From an uncultured Gemmatimonadaceae bacterium (GTDB lineage: Bacteria > Gemmatimonadota > Gemmatimonadetes > Gemmatimonadales > Gemmatimonadaceae): DNA of 64,000 nucleotides. The DNA lies in assembly GCA_963761305.1 (NCBI GenBank), contig CAVXGK010000002.1:1216001-1280000 (forward strand). Reading direction: 5' to 3'. Each line of letters opens with the position of its first letter. Positions within the stretch are counted from its first letter, which is position 1. Positions 1-10,119 of this stretch are shown here, in pieces. The translations under genes and the position numbers were made by a program. Below the pieces are notes generated by a model. The model did no database searches and was not told where the DNA came from. It saw only the letters and a list, made by a program, of their open reading frames with translations.

Positions 1-801
1 ACGAAGCCATTCGAGAATCGCCGAGATCCCATCGGCGTTGCTGGCCGTGTGTCGCGACTGAATCGCGCGGCCCGCGAACAGGTCATCGACCTTGCCGACT
101 CCGGAGCGCGGCACGCCTGCGGCGGCAAGCGCGTCGAGGAGCGTCTCGGATGGCGGTGCGATCGAGAAGTCACGTCGGTTTTTCGTTCGCGAGTACGTGC
201 CGGGCTTGCCGACGAAGGGCCGGGCGATGACCCGCGAGACGTCGTTCGGGGCCACGAGCATCTCTCGGGCCACTTCGCACGCTCGGTACAGCTCGGCCAA
301 GGGCACGACCTGCTCGTGCGCGGCGAGCTGAAACACCGAATCGGCCGACGTATAAAGAATTAACGCGCCGGTTCGTTCGTGCTCCGGTCCGAACTGGTCG
401 ATCACCGCCGTTCCACTCCCCACCACGTTGGCGATGACCGGCCGTCTCACTCGGCGTTCGAATTCCGCCACGAGCTCTTTCGGAAATCCGCGGGGATACG
501 TCGGAAACGCGCGCGCGAGATGCACGCCGGCGATCTCCCAATGCCCGGTCGTGCTGTCCTTCCCCGCCGAGTCGGGGACCATCCGACCCCACGCGCCGTC
601 GCCATGGCGCACGGCCGGCACTCCCGCCAGCGGCGCGATGTTGCCGAGCCCCGCCCGCTCGAGATTCGGCAGCGAAAATCCGTCGACAGCGCGCGAGAGA
701 TTTCCGAGCGTGTCGCTGCCGCGATCGCCGTAGTCGCCCGCGTCGGGGGCTTCCCCGATGCCGACGCCGTCGAGCACGATAATCGCGGCCCGGCGCGTCA
801 T
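1..801 (-). CDS. deoB: Phosphopentomutase (3' end runs off the window; not in the ORF track)
   Basis: Hand translation from ATG 801 gives MTRRAAIIVLDGVGIGEAPDA..DTLGN..SAGKDSTTGHWE..ILYTSADSVFQLAAHE..RVIARPF..NRRDFS, which are DeoB signature motifs. ATGA overlap with the alr stop. Confidence 0.93.
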   Translation of the reverse strand, partial: MTRRAAIIVLDGVGIGEAPDAGDYGDRGSDTLGNLSRAVDGFSLPNLERAGLGNIAPLAGVPAVRHGDGAWGRMVPDSAGKDSTTGHWEIAGVHLARAFPTYPRGFPKELVAEFERRVRRPVIANVVGSGTAVIDQFGPEHERTGALILYTSADSVFQLAAHEQVVPLAELYRACEVAREMLVAPNDVSRVIARPFVGKPGTYSRTKNRRDFSIAPPSETLLDALAAAGVPRSGVGKVDDLFAGRAIQSRHTASNADGISAILEWLR

Positions 802-1880
802 TCGGCTTTCGCTCCCACGTACGTGCGAGGCAAGCGCCCGCGCAGCCCGGTGAGGACCTCGTACGGACTGAGTCCGCCGAACGCCGCGAGGTCCACGACC
901 GTGATTTCTTCCGTGCCGTCCCTGCCGATCAGCGTCGCGACGTCGCCGACGGCGCAATCCGCGTTGGTGACGTCGAGCATCGTCATGTCCATCGTCACCA
1001 CGCCGACGACCGGCGCGCGGCGCCCCCCGACCAACGCCGCCGCGCGGTTGCCGAGCGCGCGGCGGTAGCCGTCGGCGTAGCCGATCCCGAGCGTCGCGAT
1101 CCGACGACGCCCGTCGGCTCTATAAGACGCGCCGTAGCTCACCGTCTCGCCGTCGTCGATCGTGCGGATTTCAACGACCCGTGCGCGCACCGCGGCCACC
1201 GGCTGCGCCGGCAGCTCGCTCTCATGCGCGAGGCCGACGCCGTAAAGGAAGACTCCCGGGCGCGCGAGGCTCCACGGCGACTTGCCGCGCCGATCGACTG
1301 CCGCGCTGTTTTCGGCGTGCAACATCGGCGGTCGCACGGGGAGCCCGGCGAGCGCGCGCTCGAACCGCTCCTCCTGGACCGCGCGGGATTCGTCGCTCGT
1401 GTCGGCCGAATGAAAGTGTGTGAAGGCACCTTCGGGCGGATACGCCGCGACAGCCTCGCGAATCGAATCGATCTCGTTCCATTGAACGCCGGCTCGGCTC
1501 ATGCCTGTGTCGATCGCCAACTGCCACGCGAGTCCGGTCGACCGCCAACGAAGAATCGCGTCGCTCGCGGCCAGGGTCGGCGTCAATCGCGCGCTCGCCG
1601 CCGCGGCGAGGTCGGTGAGCAAGAGCGGCGTGAACACGACGATCGGCCGCGTCACGCCGGCGGCGCGCAGCTCCTCGCCCTCGTCGATCGTGGCGACGCC
1701 GTACCCCCACGGGTCGAGCCGCTCCAACGCCCGCGCAACCGGCACGGCGCCGAGGCCGTAGGCGTCGGCCTTGACCATGGGCAGCAACGGAACGCCGGCG
1801 CGTGCAGCGTAGGCGGCTCCGTTTCGCAAGAGCGCGCCGAGGTCGACCTCGACCCAGGCGCGCGCGTTCAAGTCGTACAT
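798..1880 (-). CDS. alr: Alanine racemase
   Basis: PLP-lysine motif MVKADAYGLG, plus IDTGMSRAG, RPGVFLYG, SYGA, GYADG and TMDMTM. Confidence 0.96.
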   Translation of the reverse strand: MYDLNARAWVEVDLGALLRNGAAYAARAGVPLLPMVKADAYGLGAVPVARALERLDPWGYGVATIDEGEELRAAGVTRPIVVFTPLLLTDLAAAASARLTPTLAASDAILRWRSTGLAWQLAIDTGMSRAGVQWNEIDSIREAVAAYPPEGAFTHFHSADTSDESRAVQEERFERALAGLPVRPPMLHAENSAAVDRRGKSPWSLARPGVFLYGVGLAHESELPAQPVAAVRARVVEIRTIDDGETVSYGASYRADGRRRIATLGIGYADGYRRALGNRAAALVGGRRAPVVGVVTMDMTMLDVTNADCAVGDVATLIGRDGTEEITVVDLAAFGGLSPYEVLTGLRGRLPRTYVGAKAE

Positions 1881-1933
1881 TGACCGGTGATTCCGAAGTC
1901 CGGTAGTATACCGGACCCCTGGAGGCTATGCAA
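1880..1933. promoter_or_regulatory. Overlapping divergent sigma70-like promoters for mazG and alr around an inverted repeat
   Basis: Plus strand: TTGACC(1880-85)-N18-TAGTAT(1904-09). Minus strand: TTGCAT(1933-28)-N17-TATACT(1910-05). Inverted repeat GTCCGGTA-gta-TACCGGAC at 1898-1916. Confidence 0.55.
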
Positions 1934-2692
1934 GTGAAACCGTCGCTTGAAGATACGCTGTTGCTGATGCGCGATCTCCGCGCGCGCTGTGATTGGGACG
2001 CGGCGCAGACGCACGAGTCGCTGCGGCCATATCTGATCGAGGAGGCATACGAGGTCGACGACGCGATCCGCGGCGGCGACGACGCCAAGCTCCGGGAGGA
2101 GCTCGGCGACCTCCTTTTGCAGGTCTTGTTTCACTCCGTTCTGGCCGAAGAACGCGGCGCGTTCGACATGTACGACGTCGCCGATACGTTCATCACCAAG
2201 ATGAAGGCGCGGCACCCGCATCTGTACGGCGACGGCGTGAAGCAGCCGTGGGAACGTATGAAGGCGTCGCGCCGCGACAGCATCGTCGACGGCCTCCCCG
2301 CCGACCTCCCCGCCCTGCACCGCGCGTTTCGCCTGCAGGATCGCGCCGCCGGCGTCGGATTCGACTGGCCGGGCGTCGAAGGACCGTTGGAGAAGGTTGA
2401 TGAGGAAATTCGTGAGGTGCGCGACGAGCTCGCGTCCGCGGCCGATGACGGTCCCAGTCGCGAGCGGCTCGCTGGCGAGCTGGGCGATCTTCTGTTCGCC
2501 GTCGTGAACCTCTGTCGCAAGGCCGACGTCCACCCGGCGCTTGCCCTCGACGCGGCGAACGTCAAGTTCGCGCGTCGCTTCACCGCCGTCGAACGGATCG
2601 CCGCCTCGCGCGGGCTGGTGCTCGGCAAGGCGTCGCTCGGCGAGTTGGACGCGATCTGGAACGAGGTGAAGCGCGAGGAGCCCAGCGCCTAG
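1928..2692 (+). CDS. mazG: Nucleoside triphosphate pyrophosphohydrolase MazG
   Basis: CDWDAAQTHESLRPYLIEEAYE, EELGDLLLQV, GFDW, ELGDLLFAVVN and ANVKFARRF. GGAGG ribosome-binding site. Confidence 0.95.
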   Translation: MQVKPSLEDTLLLMRDLRARCDWDAAQTHESLRPYLIEEAYEVDDAIRGGDDAKLREELGDLLLQVLFHSVLAEERGAFDMYDVADTFITKMKARHPHLYGDGVKQPWERMKASRRDSIVDGLPADLPALHRAFRLQDRAAGVGFDWPGVEGPLEKVDEEIREVRDELASAADDGPSRERLAGELGDLLFAVVNLCRKADVHPALALDAANVKFARRFTAVERIAASRGLVLGKASLGELDAIWNEVKREEPSA

Positions 2693-2754
2693 GCCGCGTC
2701 CGCCGCGCCATTCGCCTTGACGTTTTGCACCGGGGCGCGGAGTGTTGTCAGCTG

Positions 2755-4422
2755 ATGCGCCTCTCACTTCCACCCGTGTGTCGAGGCGCGGCCGCCGCCG
2801 CGGCGTGCGCGCTCGCGGCGTGCGTGTCGTCGCCCATGGCCGCGCAGGAGCTGCGCGGCATCGTGCGTGACAGCGTGGCGCGACAGCCGATTCCGGCGGT
2901 CGTGCTCATTGTCGCCGACTCCGACGGCACGCCGATCGTTCGCAAGCTCACGGACGAGCGGGGCGCGTTCCGCATGCAGCTGCCCGCGGGCGCTCGACGG
3001 CTACAACTCTTGCGCATCGGATTCCGGCCGCGCGACGTCACACTTCCCGCGCCCGTGGACGGCGTGATCGCGCTCGACCTCTCGATGCGGATGATCCCCA
3101 CGCTGCTCGAGCCGGTCCGCGTGCTCGACTCGCCGAACTGTCCGCGCCGCGACGATCGCGCCGCCGCGTTCGCGCTGTGGGACCAGGCGCGCTCGGCGCT
3201 CCTCGCGGCCGTCGTCGCGCGCGAGACGGAGAAGGCGGTGATCAAGCGGCTGCACTTCGACCGGCAGTTGACGAGCGACGGATTCACGCCGCTCAGCCAG
3301 GTGGTCCAGGTCGACTCGAGCGCGGGCGCGCGGCCGTTCGTCGCGACGCACCAGGCGGCGGAGTTCATCGAACGCGGATTCGTCGACGACAGCGCCAACG
3401 TGGCCGTGTTCAACGGACCGGACGCGGACGTGATGCTCGACGACGCGTTTCCGCGCGGCTACTGCTTCCGGCTCGCCGATGCCGATCGCGATCGCCCGCA
3501 TCAGATCGGGCTCGCGTTCGAGGCGGCGTCGCACAAGCGCGGACGCGTCGACGTCGAAGGGGCCGTGTGGATCGACTCGACCAGCCGGTCGCTCGTCGAG
3601 ATCGTCTTTCGCTATGTCGGTATCGACCAGCGCTTCGACAAGTTCGAGCCGGGCGGCCGGGTGTCGTTTCAGACGATGGCCGACGGTGCGCCGATCATCG
3701 ATCGCTGGCTCATTCGCCCGATCGGTGTTCCGGAGACGTCGCGCAACGTCCACGTGTCGACGACTGACTTGCACGAAAGCGGCGGCGAGGTGGCCCGCGC
3801 GCGCTGGGAGGACGGTAAGACCTGGGTCGCGCCGCTCGGCACATTGACGGGCATCGTGACGCTGGACCGTCGTCCGGCGGGCGACCGAGTCGTCACGCTG
3901 GCCGGAACCGACTACGCGGCGGTAAGCGATTCGGCGGGACATTTCACGATCCCGGATCTCGTCCCCGGTCCTTACTCGGTCGCCGTCGCCGACACCCTGC
4001 TCGCGCCGCTCGAGATTGTGCTCAAGACGCAGGTGTCGTTCGTGGCCGCACGCGATTCGACGTTCTCCGTCGTGTTCGAGGCGCCGACGGCCGAGGACTA
4101 CGCCGCGCAAAGGTGCTCGCGAAAACCGCCGGAGCCGGGACACGCAATCATCGTCGGGCGGGCGCTGTTGCCGGACGGTTCACCGGTGGCCTCCGCCCAA
4201 GTGGAGGCGGGACTGCTGTCCGACGCCGGCGTCGTGCACCTCTCGAAGGAGAGAACCGACGCGCGCGGACTCTTTCACATCTGCAACGTTCCGGTCGGCG
4301 CCAAGCTACAAGTGCACATCGAGCACGATTCGCGAACGGGGTTGCTGTCCGCCACCGACATCCACGACGTGATCCACAACGTGGAAGCGTGGCGCCTCAC
4401 GCTCCACGCGGTCTCTCGATAG
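2755..4422 (+). CDS. Secreted protein with carboxypeptidase-regulatory-like (beta-sandwich) domains
   Basis: Signal-peptide-like N-terminus ending MAAQ. Repeated modules such as GIVRDS..TDERGAF..RIGFRP, SDSAGHFTIPDLVPGPY and TDARGLFHICNVP. Confidence 0.7.
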   Translation: MRLSLPPVCRGAAAAAACALAACVSSPMAAQELRGIVRDSVARQPIPAVVLIVADSDGTPIVRKLTDERGAFRMQLPAGARRLQLLRIGFRPRDVTLPAPVDGVIALDLSMRMIPTLLEPVRVLDSPNCPRRDDRAAAFALWDQARSALLAAVVARETEKAVIKRLHFDRQLTSDGFTPLSQVVQVDSSAGARPFVATHQAAEFIERGFVDDSANVAVFNGPDADVMLDDAFPRGYCFRLADADRDRPHQIGLAFEAASHKRGRVDVEGAVWIDSTSRSLVEIVFRYVGIDQRFDKFEPGGRVSFQTMADGAPIIDRWLIRPIGVPETSRNVHVSTTDLHESGGEVARARWEDGKTWVAPLGTLTGIVTLDRRPAGDRVVTLAGTDYAAVSDSAGHFTIPDLVPGPYSVAVADTLLAPLEIVLKTQVSFVAARDSTFSVVFEAPTAEDYAAQRCSRKPPEPGHAIIVGRALLPDGSPVASAQVEAGLLSDAGVVHLSKERTDARGLFHICNVPVGAKLQVHIEHDSRTGLLSATDIHDVIHNVEAWRLTLHAVSR

Positions 4423-4426
4423 TCGC

Positions 4427-4443
4427 CGCCGGATTCTCCGGCG
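4427..4443. terminator. Hairpin between convergent genes (possible terminator)
   Basis: CGCCGGA-ttc-TCCGGCG, with no U-tract. Confidence 0.3.
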
Positions 4444-4449
4444 AATCCG

Positions 4450-5763
4450 CTACGGTTTGAGCCGGTGCATCATCCGCGGGAACGCGATCACCTCGCGAAT
4501 GTGCTGGAGCCCGCAGATCCAGGCGACGGTTCGCTCGAGGCCGAGACCGAACCCCGAGTGTACGAACGTGCCGTAGCGGCGGAGGTCGAGATACCAGTCG
4601 TACGCGTCGACCGGCAGCCCTTCCTCGTGGATTCGGTGCAGGAGCTTCTCGAGATCGTCCTCGCGCTGCGATCCGCCGATGATCTCGCCGTATCCTTCCG
4701 GCGCGAGGCAGTCGTCGCAGAGCACCGTGCGCGGGTCGGCGGGATTCTCCTTCATGTAGAACGCCTTCGCCTGCTTGGGATAGTTCATCACGAACACGGG
4801 ACGGTCGTAGTCGGCGACGATCAGCGCCTCGTCTTCCGCGCCGAGGTCGTCGCCCCAGACGGTCGCGCTTCCCTTCCCCTGTACGATCTTCACGGCGTCG
4901 GCGTAGTCCACGCGATGGAACGGCGGCTTCACACGCTCCAGCGGTGCGGTGTCTCGCTCGAGCTCCTTCAATTCAGCGCCACGCCGCTCGAGGCACCGTT
5001 GCACGAGGAACGAGACGAAATCCTCCTGCAGCCGCATGTTGTCGGCTGAGTCGTTCCACGCGACCTCCGGCTCGATCATCCAGAATTCGGTGAGATGCCG
5101 GCGCGTCTTCGACTTCTCGGCGCGGAAGGTCGGACCGAACGTGTAGATCCGCCCGAACGCCGCGGCTGCTGCTTCGCCGTACAGCTGGCCGGTCTGCGCG
5201 AGGTATGCCGTCCCCTCGTCGAAGTACTTCGTCTCGAATAGCCCGCTCCGCTCGCCGATCGCCGCGGTGAGGATCGGCGTATCGACGCGGAGGAATCCGC
5301 GCTCGTAGAAAAAGTCGTGGATCGCCTGCTCGATCTCGTTGCGAATCGAAAAGATCGCGCGTACACGATTGCTGCGCAGCCAAAAGTGCCGGTGGTCGAG
5401 CAGGAAATCGATGCCGTGCTCTTTCGGCTGGATCGGATAGTCGAGCGGGCTCGGTCCGACGATTGTGAGGCCGGTCACTCCGAGCTCGTATCCGCCCGGC
5501 GCGCGCGGCTCGGCACGCACTTCGCCGGACACATGCACCGACGCTTCGAGTGTAAGTTCCTTGAAGCGCTCCCACACCTCCGGTGGCAATTGCGTCTTGA
5601 CGAAAACCGCTTGAACGATGCCGGTCCCGTCGCGCAGCACGGCGAACGCTACTTTCCCCGACGATCGAACATGCGTCACCCAACCGCGAACGGTGGCGGT
5701 CTGGCCGACGAACTGGTTGAGCTCAGCGATGCGCGGGGTAGGCGTCGACGCGGAATCGGCCAT
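4450..5763 (-). CDS. asnS: Asparagine--tRNA ligase
   Basis: OB-fold N-terminus, AYLAQTGQLY, FRAEKSKTRRHLTEFWMIEPE, EIIGGSQRE and GFGLGLER. Confidence 0.96.
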   Translation of the reverse strand: MADSASTPTPRIAELNQFVGQTATVRGWVTHVRSSGKVAFAVLRDGTGIVQAVFVKTQLPPEVWERFKELTLEASVHVSGEVRAEPRAPGGYELGVTGLTIVGPSPLDYPIQPKEHGIDFLLDHRHFWLRSNRVRAIFSIRNEIEQAIHDFFYERGFLRVDTPILTAAIGERSGLFETKYFDEGTAYLAQTGQLYGEAAAAAFGRIYTFGPTFRAEKSKTRRHLTEFWMIEPEVAWNDSADNMRLQEDFVSFLVQRCLERRGAELKELERDTAPLERVKPPFHRVDYADAVKIVQGKGSATVWGDDLGAEDEALIVADYDRPVFVMNYPKQAKAFYMKENPADPRTVLCDDCLAPEGYGEIIGGSQREDDLEKLLHRIHEEGLPVDAYDWYLDLRRYGTFVHSGFGLGLERTVAWICGLQHIREVIAFPRMMHRLKP

Positions 5764-5885
5764 GGTGGTTCGCGGGTGAGTCGAGGGGATCGAGTGGGCC
5801 GGACTGCACCTTCTGTGGCGAGAGGCTTAACGCTACACGTGCCTTTCGTTCGTGGGTACCCCTGGTACCCCTGGGCCCAGCACGA

Positions 5886-7388
5886 ATGAAGCTCCGCTCG
5901 CGGCTCGGACTCGGCCTGGGGCTCATCGCGATCATTCTGGTCGGTCCGCTCGTATACGCCATCCGCGAGATCGACCAGCTGAAGGACGACGCCGAGCTGC
6001 TTCGTAACCGCGACTTCGCGGCGTCTCAACTCATCGGCCGGCTGCGTGACGGACTCAACGACCTGGGTCGCGCCGAACTGGCCCTGCTCTTCGCCCGAAA
6101 AATCGCCGACAGTGAAGCGATGGACCGCGAACTGACGCGCGTCGCCTCACTGACCGACTCGTTGAATCGGTTTCAGTTGCCGGATTTCGCGCGAGGGATC
6201 GAGACGTCGGTCGACAGCATGGCCAAGGTCGCGCCGTCGGAATTCAACGCGGCGCTCAAGGGCGATACGCTGACCGCGGACACGCTGTCGGCGCGGCAAT
6301 TCGTTCCCGCCCTCACCCGCGCCGAGTCGCTGGTGAAGACGGCCGAGCACACGCTGTCGAATCGGACGTCGGGCGACGTGCAGCGGGAGGCCGGGCGCAT
6401 CCGAATCATCGCCTCGGGCTCCGTCATCGCGTTGGCATTGGCGCTCGCCGTCGCGGCCGTCGTCGCGTTCCTTCTCACGCGGTCGATTAGCGAACCGATT
6501 CTCGACCTGCGCGCGGGCATGCGCGCCGTCGCCGACGGCGATCTCACCTATCGGCTGGCCACCGCGCGCGGCAAATCGGACGAGTTCGGCCAACTGGCGT
6601 CGAGCTTCAGCGAGATGACGCGCCAGCTCTCCGAGCTCGACAAACTCAAGGCGGAGTTCGTTTCCGTGGCGTCGCACGAGCTCAAGACGCCGATCAATGT
6701 GATGGTCGGCTATCTACAGCTCCTCGACGAGGGACTCTACGGGCCGGTGGATCCCAAGCAGCGCGAGGTGCACCGCACGCTCATCACGCAGGCGAACGCG
6801 CTGGCGCGTCTGGTGACGCAGCTGCTCGACGTCAGCCGCTTCGAGGCGGGCGGCGGCCGGCTCGAGCCGCGCACCGTGAACCTCGACGAGATGCTCGCTG
6901 GGCTCGAGCGTGCGTTCCACGTGCTCGCCGTGCAGCGCGAGGTCGAATTCCACGTACGCCGCGACCCCGGGCTGCCGGACGAGGTGTACTGGGACGTCGA
7001 TCAAATCGACGAGGTCGTCGGCAACCTGCTGTCCAACGCCTTCAAGTTCACGCCGCATGGTGGAACCGTTTCTCTCGTGCTCGAGCCCGATCAAAAAAAG
7101 GGCCTCATCATGCGGGTGCGGGACACGGGAGCGGGAATTCCGCCGGAGCAACTCCCGAGAATCTTCGAAAAGTTTTACCAGGCGGACAACCAGCGGGCTG
7201 CCCGAGCGGGCGGGACCGGCTTGGGACTTGCCATCGCCAAGGAGATCGTCGAAGCCCATGGAGGCTCGATTTCGTGCGAGAGCACACTTGGAGTCGGCAC
7301 GACGTTCACGATCAGGCTGCCCCTTCGTGCCGCGCGGCGCTCGATCGCCCAGCGCGCAACGCCGGCCGTGGTGACCGCGGCGCTGTGA
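5886..7388 (+). CDS. Membrane sensor histidine kinase (2 TM, HAMP, HisKA, HATPase)
   Basis: H-box SHELKTP, N-box NLLSNAFKFT, G-boxes DTGAGI and GGTGLGL, HAMP DEFGQLASSF. Confidence 0.93.
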   Translation: MKLRSRLGLGLGLIAIILVGPLVYAIREIDQLKDDAELLRNRDFAASQLIGRLRDGLNDLGRAELALLFARKIADSEAMDRELTRVASLTDSLNRFQLPDFARGIETSVDSMAKVAPSEFNAALKGDTLTADTLSARQFVPALTRAESLVKTAEHTLSNRTSGDVQREAGRIRIIASGSVIALALALAVAAVVAFLLTRSISEPILDLRAGMRAVADGDLTYRLATARGKSDEFGQLASSFSEMTRQLSELDKLKAEFVSVASHELKTPINVMVGYLQLLDEGLYGPVDPKQREVHRTLITQANALARLVTQLLDVSRFEAGGGRLEPRTVNLDEMLAGLERAFHVLAVQREVEFHVRRDPGLPDEVYWDVDQIDEVVGNLLSNAFKFTPHGGTVSLVLEPDQKKGLIMRVRDTGAGIPPEQLPRIFEKFYQADNQRAARAGGTGLGLAIAKEIVEAHGGSISCESTLGVGTTFTIRLPLRAARRSIAQRATPAVVTAAL

Positions 7389-7993
7389 GTCATCTCACAA
7401 CGCGCCGGGCGTTGGTGGCGGTCGCGTGTGGTCTCGCGGTTGCGTGCGCGCCGATCAACAAAGTCATCGGCCCGACTCCGGCTCGCTCCTGGTCCGGCGT
7501 CCTGTCGCGCGCTCGAGGCCTGGCTGCGCGGGGCGAATTCGACCTCGCCGACAGCACCCTCGCCGACTTCGCCAAGCGATATCCCGCGAGCGAAGAGGCG
7601 TTGGAGACGTCATACTGGCGCGCGCTGTTCGCGCTCGATCCGTCCAATCGCGCGCAGTCGGTCACGGGCGCGATCGCGTCGCTCGATTCATACCTCGCCG
7701 ACACGCGGCCGCGCGAGCACGTGCTCGAAGCCACGACACTGCGCCGCGTCGCCGGGCAGCTCGACGCGCTCAACCGACTCGCGGCGAGCGCGATCGCTCA
7801 GGCAAAGGATGCGAACGCCGCGGCGGCGATCGCCCGCACGCTGTCGGACGCGCGCATCGAAACTCCGAAACCGGCGAGCGACAGCGCCTCGCAAGACGCC
7901 GAGATCCACCGGCTGAAGGACGAATTGGCGAAAGCGAACGCCGAGCTCGACCGAATTCGGCGCCGACTCACACCACCGCCGGCCGGTCGCTGA
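7385..7993 (+). CDS. Putative lipoprotein with TPR-like helices and a C-terminal coiled coil
   Basis: GTG start overlaps the kinase stop (GTGA). Lipobox-like LAVAC, FAKRYPAS, and coiled coil EIHRLKDELAKANAELDRIRRRL. Confidence 0.7.
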   Translation: MSHLTTRRALVAVACGLAVACAPINKVIGPTPARSWSGVLSRARGLAARGEFDLADSTLADFAKRYPASEEALETSYWRALFALDPSNRAQSVTGAIASLDSYLADTRPREHVLEATTLRRVAGQLDALNRLAASAIAQAKDANAAAAIARTLSDARIETPKPASDSASQDAEIHRLKDELAKANAELDRIRRRLTPPPAGR

Positions 7994-8000
7994 ACGGCGA

Positions 8001-10118
8001 CTAGCCGACTCGAAACAACTCCAGCGACCGCGCGTAGCGGTCGCCCAACACTCGTCGCATGCCGGCGTGCTCGGGCAGCTCGAGCGACGCGTCGTGCGAC
8101 AAGATCTCGGCGGCGGCCTCGCGTGCCCGCTCGCTGAGCGCCTCGTCGCGGAACGGGTCGGCGATGCGGAACGTGGGCACGCCGCTCTGTCGTTCACCGA
8201 ACAGGTCACCCATGCCGCGCAACCGCAGATCCTCGCGCGCGATCTCGAATCCGTCTTCCGTGTGCACGAACACCTGCAGCCGCTCGGCCACGTCAGGACT
8301 CACGTCGCCGAGGAGAATGCAGTACGACTCTTCCGCGCCGCGGCCGACTCGGCCGCGCAGCTGGTGCAGCTGCGAGAGCCCAAATCGTTCGGGGTGCTCG
8401 ACGAGCATCACCGTCGCGTTCGGAACGTCGATGCCGACCTCGATCACCGTCGTCGCGACGAGCAGGTCGATCGTGCCGTCGCGGAAGCGGCGCATGATGT
8501 CGTCGCGTTCGTCGCTCGGGACGCGCCCGTGCAGCAGCGCCACGCGACGGTTCGCGAACGCACCGGCGGCGAGCGCGTCGAACATCGTCGTCGCCGCCTT
8601 GAGGTCGGTCTTCTCCGACTCCTCGATGACCGGATAGACGATGTACGCCTGCCGCCCGAGCTCGAGCTGGCGGTCCACGAACTGAAGCACGCGATCGCGC
8701 GCCGATGCTTTTCGCAGTGCCGTCGTGATCGGGTGCCGTCCCGGCGGCGGTTCGTCGAGCATGCTCAGGTCGAGATCACCGTACATCGTGAGCGCCAGCG
8801 AACGCGGGATCGGCGTGGCCGACATGAGCAGCACGTCCGGCGCTTCGCCCTTGGCGCCGAGCGCCTTTCGCTGCTCGACGCCGAAGCGATGCTGTTCGTC
8901 GATCGCCGCGAACCCGAGATTCGAAAACGCCGTCGCTTCCTGCACCAGGGCATGAGTGCCGATCACGAGCACCGGCTCGTCGCTCGCCAGCCGCGCGGCG
9001 ACGGCCTTCCGCTGCTTTGCGGCGAGGCTCCCCGTGAGCAACAGCGGCTCGATGCCAAGCGGCGCGAGCAACCGGCCGATCGAGATCGCGTGCTGCTCCG
9101 CCAGCAGCTCCGTCGGCACCATGATGGCCGACTGTCGCCCGTTCTCGACCGCGAGCATCGCGGCGAAGAGCGCGACGATCGTCTTGCCGCTGCCGACGTC
9201 GCCTTGCAGCATCCGCTGCATGCGCCGGTCGCTGCACATGTCGGCGACGATCTCGCGAATCGCGCGCGTTTGCGCCCCGGTGAGCTGAAACGGCAGCGCT
9301 CCGCGCAGCGCGGTGGTCAACTTGCGCTTGTTGACGAACCGAATGCCGGACCGGTGCTGGCGCGCCAACTCCTTCGCCCGCTGGTGGAGGAGATGGACGA
9401 AGAACAGCTCCTCGAACGCGAGCCGCGATCGACCGCGCATCGCCTCGGCGAGCGACGTCGGGCGGTGCATCATGCGTAGCGCGTCGCCGATCGACGGCAC
9501 GTCCGCCGCCTTCACCACGCTTGGCGGCAGGTACTCGGTGACGAGCGGTAACAGCGCGTCGAGGTGCGCATCGATGATCGAGCGGATGACCTTGAACGAC
9601 AGGCCCTCCGTGGCTGGATACACGGAGAGCACGCGGCCCTTCGCCGTGCCCTGCTCGTCGTCGCCGAGGTTGACGTACTCGCGCGGCTGCAGCTGGCGGC
9701 CGTGGAAGAAGCGGACGTTGCCCGTCACCAGCAACACGTCGCCCTTGTCGATCGTGCGGTCGAGGAAGGGCTGGCCCGGCCATGAGACTTCTATCATGCC
9801 GGTGTCGTCGCGCAGTACGGCCTGGAAGATCCTCAACCCTTTGCGTGTCGGCAGCACGCCCTTCGAGATCACCGTGCCGACGACCGTCCCCTGCATTCCC
9901 GGCTCGAGGCTCTTGATCGCCGTGATCGTGCTGGCGTCCTCGTACCGATGCGGCACGTGGTAGAGGAGGTCGCCGGCCGTCGCGATGCCGAGCCGTCGCA
10001 GCGCCTCGGCGCGCGCGGGACCGACGCCCTTGAGATACATCACGGGTGTGTCGAGATACAGCCGATGCGCACCGCCGGACTTGGCGGATCGCCGCTCGCT
10101 CTCCGTGGGCGCGCTCAT
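8001..10118 (-). CDS. recG: ATP-dependent DNA helicase RecG
   Basis: LQGDVGSGKT, DEQHRFG, MSATPIPR, TTVIEVGIDVPNA and QLHQLRGRVGRG. Confidence 0.97.
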   Translation of the reverse strand: MSAPTESERRSAKSGGAHRLYLDTPVMYLKGVGPARAEALRRLGIATAGDLLYHVPHRYEDASTITAIKSLEPGMQGTVVGTVISKGVLPTRKGLRIFQAVLRDDTGMIEVSWPGQPFLDRTIDKGDVLLVTGNVRFFHGRQLQPREYVNLGDDEQGTAKGRVLSVYPATEGLSFKVIRSIIDAHLDALLPLVTEYLPPSVVKAADVPSIGDALRMMHRPTSLAEAMRGRSRLAFEELFFVHLLHQRAKELARQHRSGIRFVNKRKLTTALRGALPFQLTGAQTRAIREIVADMCSDRRMQRMLQGDVGSGKTIVALFAAMLAVENGRQSAIMVPTELLAEQHAISIGRLLAPLGIEPLLLTGSLAAKQRKAVAARLASDEPVLVIGTHALVQEATAFSNLGFAAIDEQHRFGVEQRKALGAKGEAPDVLLMSATPIPRSLALTMYGDLDLSMLDEPPPGRHPITTALRKASARDRVLQFVDRQLELGRQAYIVYPVIEESEKTDLKAATTMFDALAAGAFANRRVALLHGRVPSDERDDIMRRFRDGTIDLLVATTVIEVGIDVPNATVMLVEHPERFGLSQLHQLRGRVGRGAEESYCILLGDVSPDVAERLQVFVHTEDGFEIAREDLRLRGMGDLFGERQSGVPTFRIADPFRDEALSERAREAAAEILSHDASLELPEHAGMRRVLGDRYARSLELFRVG

Positions 10119-10119
10119 T

